A stretch of DNA of 64,000 nucleotides from the human T2T-CHM13v2.0 reference genome, Homo sapiens, in NCBI RefSeq assembly GCF_009914755.1, contig NC_060925.1. The stretch is one strand, 5' to 3'. Of the stretch, positions 57,005 through 64,000 are shown one piece after another. Below the pieces are notes generated by a model, which saw nothing but the letters and a program-made list of their open reading frames with translations, made no database searches and was not told the origin of the DNA. Position numbers and translations under genes: made by a program. The number at the start of each line of letters is the position of its first letter. The stretch's first letter is position 1.

Positions 57005-57870
57005 TGCATTAGATTCCTAGGACTGCCAGATAACAAGAACCGAGTGGCTGAAACAATGCAAATTTATTGTCACACAGTTCTGGAGAGTAGAAGCCCTAAA
57101 TCAAGGTGTTGACAGGGCCACACTACCTTTAAAATCTGCCGGGGTATATTGGTCAGCTATGGATACCATAACAAAATATTATAAACTGGATGGCTTAAAC
57201 AACAGAACTTTATTTTCTCCTAGCTCTAGAGGCTGGAAATTCAAGATCAGGGCTGTGGCCAGTTAAATTTCTGGTGAGGCCTCTCTTCCAGTTTTGCAGA
57301 AGGCTGTCTTCTATGTCCTCACATGGCCTTTCTCAGAACACATGCATGGAGAAAACTCCCTTCCTCTTTGACGTCTCTTCTTGTAAGGTCTCTAACATTG
57401 CTGGGTCATGGCCCCACCCTTAGGAACTCATTAAATCTTACTTCACTAGAGGCCTCGTCTCCAAATACAGTCACACTGGCTGTCAAGGCTTCAACATATG
57501 AATTTGGGGGTAACATAAATATTCACTCCATAACAAGAGAAACCTGTCCTTGCCCCTTCTTAGCTTCTGGTGTTTGCTGGCAATCGGTGGTGTTCCTTGT
57601 CTTGTAGCTGCATCAGTCCAGTCCTCCATCTACACGCGCCTTCTCTCCATGTTTCTTCCCATTGTCTTCCCTCTCTGCATTTCAGTGTCTGTGTCCAGAT
57701 TCCCTCTTTTTATAAGGACATCAGTCATATTAAATTAGAGACCATCCTCGTGACCTCATCTTAATTGGACTATATCTGCAAAGATCCGATTTCCAAATCA
57801 GGTTGTCTTCTGAGGTGCTGGGTTTAGGACTTCAATGTATCTTTTCTGGGGGATACAATTCAACCCATGC
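57005..57870 (-). mobile_element. Nested MLT1 LTRs (MLT1A/B-like at about 57144-57534 inside an MLT1C-like LTR)
   Basis: Two LTR starts (ttagattcctaggactgcc; ttggtcagctatggataccataacaaaat) and two ends (attcactccataaca; caattcaacccatgca). Confidence 0.7.
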
Positions 57871-59395
57871 AGTCCCTCTACCTCTCCCTCAAGGACATGC
57901 TCTCCAGACCAGGGGACACCAGAGTCTAATAAATATGTCTGCAGCATCACCTTCCGTGTATCCTGGGCTGCCCAGCTGGAATCTAAATTTGTTTTTCTTC
58001 TTTGTTTATAAATATAGACAGATGAATCTTTAGATAAATGACCAAACAAAAAATTACCCTCAAAGAAGCCTTTCAAAACATTTCCCCAAGTGTTCTCCCT
58101 TGGCGATGAAAGTACAGTATGAGCAGGTCACATTTTGGGGAAAGAGAAACTAGACCTTTAGGATTTTAAGACACTTCCTGTGGGGTACCTTCCTGTGGGG
58201 AGTAGGGGGGTGGCGATGTCACTGTAGAGATGCTGGGTGCAGTGTGGGAGCTCATTGTTGGGGAGGTCAGGTGGCTCAAGGTTCTGGGTCTGTGAGGTGG
58301 CTGTCCTGGAAAGAGGCCGTGTGTGTGAGGTGAAAGTGGCTGTCTCCCATAGTCCCTGCATCTTCGGCCTCTTTGGGCCACTTCCCACTATCAGGGACAG
58401 ACCTTGGGACATGGACGGCCAGATGGCCTTTCCCCAGAAGCTTCAACATCATGGCCAACACCTCCCTTCAGAAATATTTGATCCTTGGATGGTCATCTTC
58501 CTACCCAAGGGAGAGTTAATGAAGGTCTTGAGCAAGTTCAGTTCACCTGCTTGCTCTCCGGCCCTCTGCCTGCACCTGGCCACAGAGGTGCATCTACTCC
58601 CATAATGGGGGTTCAGGATCTAGTGGCAATGGCTGCCCCAAACCTTGGCTGTCTCACCACAGTCTCTCTCTCATCCCCTCCTCCTTGGGGCAATCGAGCA
58701 CTGTGAATGGCTTTAACTTGGATGGGCTAGGCCACTTTGGTTGACAGTCACCCTCGCTTAGCGTGGACTTGTGAACAGGCAGCCTGATTCAGAGAAGGTG
58801 CAATTGCCAATCACAGCAGTGTCCTAGCACTCACTGCAATTGGAAAAGTGGAAATTTGTCTGGCTTCTGTCCATGTGGCAAGATCCACCAGGAGCAGCCT
58901 CTACTTAGTGGGTATCACTGGTCTCCATTCCCCAGCCAGCACATTACTCCAGGACAGGCTAGGCTGGACTCCTCCTCGTTGAGACTCAAAGAACCCTGAA
59001 ATACTCAGCATCTCGTGGGTACATAAAGGAAGAGGTTGGAGCTGGGAGAAGGAAAGACTGCACTTCTACCCTTTCTGCTACTGACAAGTGGGCACCGTGT
59101 CTGGGGACCTGTTGGACTGTGGCCTTTGTGCCCTGGCTTGTTTAGAGGGCTTTGGCAGCACAGCCTCATCTGGCTCTCCTCAGCAACTTTTGTGGGCCGG
59201 GTCAGGTGTCTGTGCTGCGCCCCAGGATGCTCTGTGGGAGAGCATAGGCCCCCTCTTGAACTGGGTGTCAGAGGAGTGTGAGATGTGGGAGGAGGACCGT
59301 GGAGGAGCTGGAGGTGATAGGAGGAGGCTGGTGGCTGAATATTTGCTGCCTCTCCTGTATGGTCCTAGGCAGAACTGGACAGGGCACTGGCCCAC

Positions 59396-59812
59396 TGACA
59401 AGGTTTGGATGTTTGTCCCCTCCAAATCTCATGTGGAAATGTGATTTCCATTGTTGACGGGGGAGCTGGTGAAAGGTGATTCGATCATGGGGGCAGGTCC
59501 CTCGTAAATGGTTTAGCGTGATTCCCTTGGTGCTAGGTGTGTTCTTGCTCAGTTAGTTCACAGGAGATCTGATTGTTTAAAAGTGTGTGGCACCTCCCCC
59601 TGTCTCTTACGTTTGCTCTGGTCATGTGACACACTGGCTCCCCTTTGCCTTCAACGATAACTGTGAGATTCCTGAGGCTCCCACCAGGAGCACATGCTGG
59701 CTCTCCACTTCCTGTACAGCCTGCAGAGCCCAGAGCCATTTCAATATCTTTTCTTTATAAATTACCTAACCTTAGGTATTTCTTTACAGCAATGCAGTAA
59801 TGGACTGACAAA
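59396..59812 (+). mobile_element. MSTB-like MaLR solo LTR
   Basis: Consensus-like; perfect TSD CCCAC. Confidence 0.88.
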
Positions 59813-60869
59813 CCCACTAACCCTCTGATGTTGATCCTGAAGGCCTGTAGCCCTGGTGCTAAGGGGTGCTGAGCCCGGGGTGGGGCCTAGTCCCTTGAGG
59901 GAGCTGAAGGGAGGGGGTGAAGCTCTGGCCCAGATGAGGGGCCTGGTGAACTGAGTTAGTGAATAACTGGAAACAGAAATATTTGAAACACTTCCACATC
60001 TGAGGATTGGCTTTAGCTATTCTCTGCTTCCAGTGAGAACCAGACAGCAGCAAGGTACTGGCAGGAAATGGGGAGAAATTTACACATTAGAGAGAGCACT
60101 GGGCACCCTGCAACTCAGCAGCAAACCCAGGTGGACCTGAGCTGCTTTAAGGAGGAGACAGTTCTTCCTTCAAGATCAAGGGTATTCTGTGGCAGTTTCC
60201 CCAGGTCAAGATTGGTCCCACCCTGGTCCCCAGGAAGGACAGAGGTCTCTGGGTTCATTGTGGCTGTGCCTGGTGGGCAAGGAAGGGCTCAGGAGGAGGC
60301 AGAGCTGAGGTGGCTGTGGCCACTGGTCAGGGCTCTGTGGGAGACAGTGACTGAGGGAGACTGACCAGGGTCCTCATGAGCACTGCGTTGGGAAGTGCTT
60401 TCTTGGTGGCAGGGACACAGCACAACCAAACAGTCCGTCTGCTCCCCCACACTTTCAGCCCCTGGAAGTTAGCAGGGTCTCCTGGCTAGTTCTGTCCAGA
60501 AAATATGGGCAAAGATTACATCACTTCTGGACAGTGCAGTGAATGCCCCATGGGTGCCTCTCTTGTCTCCTCCCTTCCCTACCGTGGGGGCTGAGGATGC
60601 TGTGAGGAGGGTGTGGGTTCCATATGGAGCTGCTACAAGGTGTGGAGCCTCCATCCATGGGTGACATGACCCTTCCCTCACTATCCCTTGTGCGACATGT
60701 AGTGTGAGTAATAAACAAACTCCCCTTGTTCTAAGTCCCTGACTTTTGTAACTGTTGCCACAGGACAACCTGCCTAATTCACTTCCATCCTATCCTGCCC
60801 TATCCTATCTTGACTAATTCCCTTCCTAGAAGGAAAGGCAAGGGAAAGCAACCTTCATCTTTGCCTGAG

Positions 60870-61275
60870 TTATGTATTGTTGTGTGAGTTTTTACCCTAG
60901 AACTTACTTCCTTAACACAACACTGGGCATTGTTTCACAGTTTATGGAGGTCAGAATCCAGGTGTGGTTCAGCTGGGTCCTGTGGCTCAGGGTCACAGAG
61001 ACTGGAATGAAGGTTTTACCCGAGGCTGCCCTCAGCTCCCTGCCATGTGGCCCTCTCCACAGAGCAGCTCACAACGTGGTAGCAGGCTTCATCAGCCTGA
61101 ACAGGAGAGACTGATGGAGACAGAGGGTGTGAGCCAGACAGAAGGGACACTCCATCACTTTCGCTGCGTTTGCAAGTAATCAATGCAACCCATACTCCAG
61201 GGGAGGGCATTACACAGGGGCCTTGCACAGTGGGGAGGCATCATTGGGAGCCACGTTAGAAGCTGCCTCCTGCAG
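60870..61275 (-). mobile_element. MLT1 (F/G/H-like) LTR
   Basis: tcacagtttatggaggtcagaatcc...ggagccacgttagaagctgcct terminus. Confidence 0.55.
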
Positions 61276-61579
61276 TTATGTACCTAGCATATGCCAGAAA
61301 ATGTGCTAGGTGCTTTTGATCTAGGAGCTCATTTGATCCTGTCATTATGGGGCAGGTAAGAAAATTGAAGATCGAGGGGTTCAGCAACCTGCTCTAGATC
61401 ACACTCCACTAGAACCAGGACTTGATTCCAGACTTGATTCAAGTCCATTATGCTAGGCAGCCCTCCCAGAATGAAGGGAGGATTTTGGATGGACTTCTGT
61501 GACTCTGACCCAAAGTTCTGTGGTTTTCTTATTTGTTCTTGATAAGGAAATACTCATGTTTCCTGTTTCCATGCCCTAG

Positions 61580-61958
61580 GTGTTTGCAGCACTGCAGCCA
61601 ACACTTCTGGAGTGCATGGCTCTGCAGTGAAGGATTCTGGAACCTGCATTCATCTGAAGGGCATCCGAGGAGGTTCTGTCTTGTTTAATGTGATTGAGAG
61701 GCTCAGAGTAGTTGGAGGAGGTTCTATGGGCTTTGGGTACTCTGTCAAATCATACATGGTTGCTGCGAGTCCACAGGGGGGCCAACTCTCCAACCTGGTG
61801 AAGCCTGGAGGACAAGTTCAAGCAGAGGGTCCATGTACCCAACATATCATCCCTGAGGATTGAGAACCTGGCCCCTGAGGACAGTGGGCAGTACTTTGCC
61901 GTCATCACCTCTACTAAGGGAGAGGGGATTTTCCAGGTTTTCTACCTCACTGTCTATC
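61580..61958 (+). pseudogene. Disrupted IgV-domain exon of the SLAM-like gene
   Basis: Acceptor ccctag| and donor |gtgagt; GIRGGSVLF, SLRIENLAPEDSGQY and FYLTVY motifs; length 379 nt (3n+1) implies a net frameshift; TGA at 61799-61801 in the domain frame. Confidence 0.9.
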
Positions 61959-62249
61959 GTGAGTGACACCCGTCCTTCCCCCATCCTCTGGCTTACCTGC
62001 TTTTTTTCTCTCTAGAGTGTCACATAGGCCCCATGCAAGGTTCCATTCAGACACCGGCCTTCAGACTCCATTTTCTTCACTAAAAATAAGGCACATGAGG
62101 TCCCCAGAGATAGAGAGCAGAGCTGAGATTCACACCAGGGAATGAAGCTCTTTCAGTGTTTTGGGAGAGGAAATGGAAATTCATCAAAATAGCAATTTTT
62201 CCAATAACATTAACTGTCCTATATATGATTAATGTTACTTAATTTGTTT

Positions 62250-62675
62250 AGTAGTTTTTTATTGCGGATGGAACAGATTGCCAAAAATTATTGGCTGAAA
62301 GCAACACAAATTTATCATCTTACTGTGCTGTAAGCCAGAGGCCTGACACAAGTCTCTGTGAGCTAAAATGAAGGTGGTGGCAGGGCTGTATTCTTTCTGG
62401 GTGCTCCAGGGAAGAGCCCATTCTTTTGCGTTTTTCACCTGCTAGTGGGTGCTGGCATCCCATGGCTCGTGACCATCATCCTGTATCTCCTAATAGAACA
62501 CTGATGTTAGTGTTCCATTAGAAGTGACAGAATCATCTCCCTATTTTAAGGTCAGCTGATTAGCAAACTTAATTTCATCTGTGACCTTAATTCCCCTTGC
62601 CTCACAGCCTAACCTATTCCCAGGTTACCAGGATGGGTCCTGGACATTTTGGAGGCCACTGTTCTGCCTACCACA
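62250..62675 (-). mobile_element. MLT1D-like LTR in the V-C2 intron
   Basis: aaagcaacacaaatttatcatctta...tttaaggtcagctgattagcaaacttaatt...ggaggccactgttctgcctaccaca. Confidence 0.75.
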
Positions 62676-63505
62676 GTTGGGAATCCTTGTGAATGGAGTC
62701 CTCTCAGTCCCCTCTCCTCTCACCCAGCCCCAGCCTGAGGCCAGACTCAGTCACACAAGCTGCCATAAATCCACATCTCAAAGACTCCATATGTGTAGGA
62801 GAAAGTTTACACCACAACACATCTTAGAAACCTCATTTAGCCAACTCTTTCTTTCCCTAAAGTTCCTTTCTGCATGGGGAAGTATCCTGCCATGGAGAGA
62901 GTGGCTTTTGAGCTTTAGGTGCCACGTGATTTCTCAGGCTGGCCTGTGAATCTGATTTTTCTCTTCTGTCTGCACCACAGGTTCAGTGGCACTTTCTAAG
63001 CACACTCAGAGTCATTGTTCCCAGTCACTATCACTGCATCTCCCACAGATGTGTCTACTTTTGGGAGCATGAGCCTTTCTCTGGCCTCCCAGAGCTGACC
63101 TGACATCCTGCCCCATAAAGGCTGTGCAGTCACAGGCATAGCCTCAGCTGGAGATTCAGGGAAAGGACACTGGGCCAGTACAAGCCCATCTTCCCGAGAC
63201 TCCTCCTTCTTGAAAAGACCTCAATTTCCTGAAAATTCTGTGCCTTGGGAAGTGAGACTCTTGCCTTTATTTTCTTTGGGACGGTTTTAAGACATGTTGA
63301 ATCTAGAGAACCAACATGGAGCTAAACTCAGTGGCTTCCCTTCTTATTTCATTTGCTCAGTATTTAGCTTTGGGCAAATTGTGTTTCATCCATAGAATAC
63401 ACCCACTTGCTTGCTGTGGCTGCAATGGGAAAATGATGAGAAAGTGTGATGTGCAATGTTCTCCACACATGTGAGATTCCCCTCTTTTGTCCCCTTCTGC
63501 CCCAG

Positions 63506-63802
63506 AGCCTGTGCCTCACCCTGAGTTCCTGGCAAAGTCACTGTCTATCACACCAGGCTTGTGTAACATCACCCTGGAGTGTAGAGTTCCAGGGGCCACA
63601 GAGGACCTGAATATGACTTGGGAAAGCAAGGGCCTCCTTGGAGAGCTGGAGCAGAGAGAAACACCAGGACCAGCCCCCAACCCCTGGACCCTGCCTGGGA
63701 GCCTGCCCCTGAGCCAGCCGAACAGCAATCTCAACTACGTGGTCAGCAACCAGGTGGATCAGAAAGCTGCTACTTTAGACCTTGGGAAAGTCTGTGCCCA
63801 AG
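63506..63802 (+). pseudogene. IgC2-domain exon of the SLAM-like gene (open frame, F-strand Cys replaced by Tyr)
   Basis: Acceptor ccccttctgccccag| and donor G|gtgagt; 297 nt, phase 1-1; PVPHPE...CNITLEC...NMTW...LNYVVSNQV...VC matches the SLAM C2 pattern CxxTLxC...W...TCxxxNxV...C. Confidence 0.92.
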
Positions 63803-64000
63803 GTGAGTGGTGAGTGTAGCCTGCAGGATAGGAGAGGCTGCCCAAGCTCAGGTAGCACTGGGGTCTAATGGTTCTGGGGTCTCTTCTCCACCATGAGCAT
63901 TAGCACCACCTTCTACCTGCTCACCACACACAGCAGTGTGGAAGTCACATACACCTTCGTTCTGCCTTTAATCATCTCTCCCATCCATACCCTCCTCTTC

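Larger units (their letters stand above)
49485..63802 (+). pseudogene. Unprocessed CD2/SLAM-family (SLAMF9/LY9/CD84-like) receptor pseudogene, 5' part; continues beyond the window
   Basis: Leader, IgV and IgC2 exons in the correct order with phase-1 junctions. Spliced conceptual product: MGPCSKNRFFCWATVLLVFISLLL-SVCSTAANTSGVHGSAVKDSGTCIHLKGIRGGSVLFNVI...SLRIENLAPEDSGQYFA...QVFYLTVY-QPVPHPE...CNITLEC...W...LNYVVSNQV...LGKVCAQ. Several disabling lesions. Start coordinate is an estimate. Confidence 0.88.

Noticed and set aside
49946-63813. Calling the locus a functional CDS or assigning a symbol such as SLAMF9, LY9 or CD84
   Set aside because: Dead donor, frameshift, stop codon and lost Cys; the sequence does not match those proteins as I recall them, and I cannot map the locus without tools

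Overview
Primate (human-like) genomic DNA dominated by interspersed repeats: Alu J/S, L1PA/L1MA/L1MB/L1ME, L2, MIR, MaLR THE1/MST/MLT1 LTRs, a two-LTR MER61-type provirus, a MER4-group ERV1 remnant and a solo LTR2/HERV-E LTR. I find no intact protein-coding gene, RNA gene or CRISPR array, and almost all listed ORFs are repeat-derived or chance. The main non-repeat signal is an intron-containing, disabled CD2/SLAM-family immunoglobulin receptor gene on the + strand. It has a probable non-coding first exon (donor at 49601/49602), a signal-peptide exon (ATG 49946 in a strong Kozak context; donor mutated GT>GG), an IgV exon (61580-61958; frameshifted, with an in-frame stop) and an open IgC2 exon (63506-63802; F-strand Cys>Tyr). 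Its transmembrane and cytoplasmic exons would lie beyond the right edge. Repeat subfamily names were assigned by eye from remembered consensus sequences, so they and many repeat boundaries are approximate.
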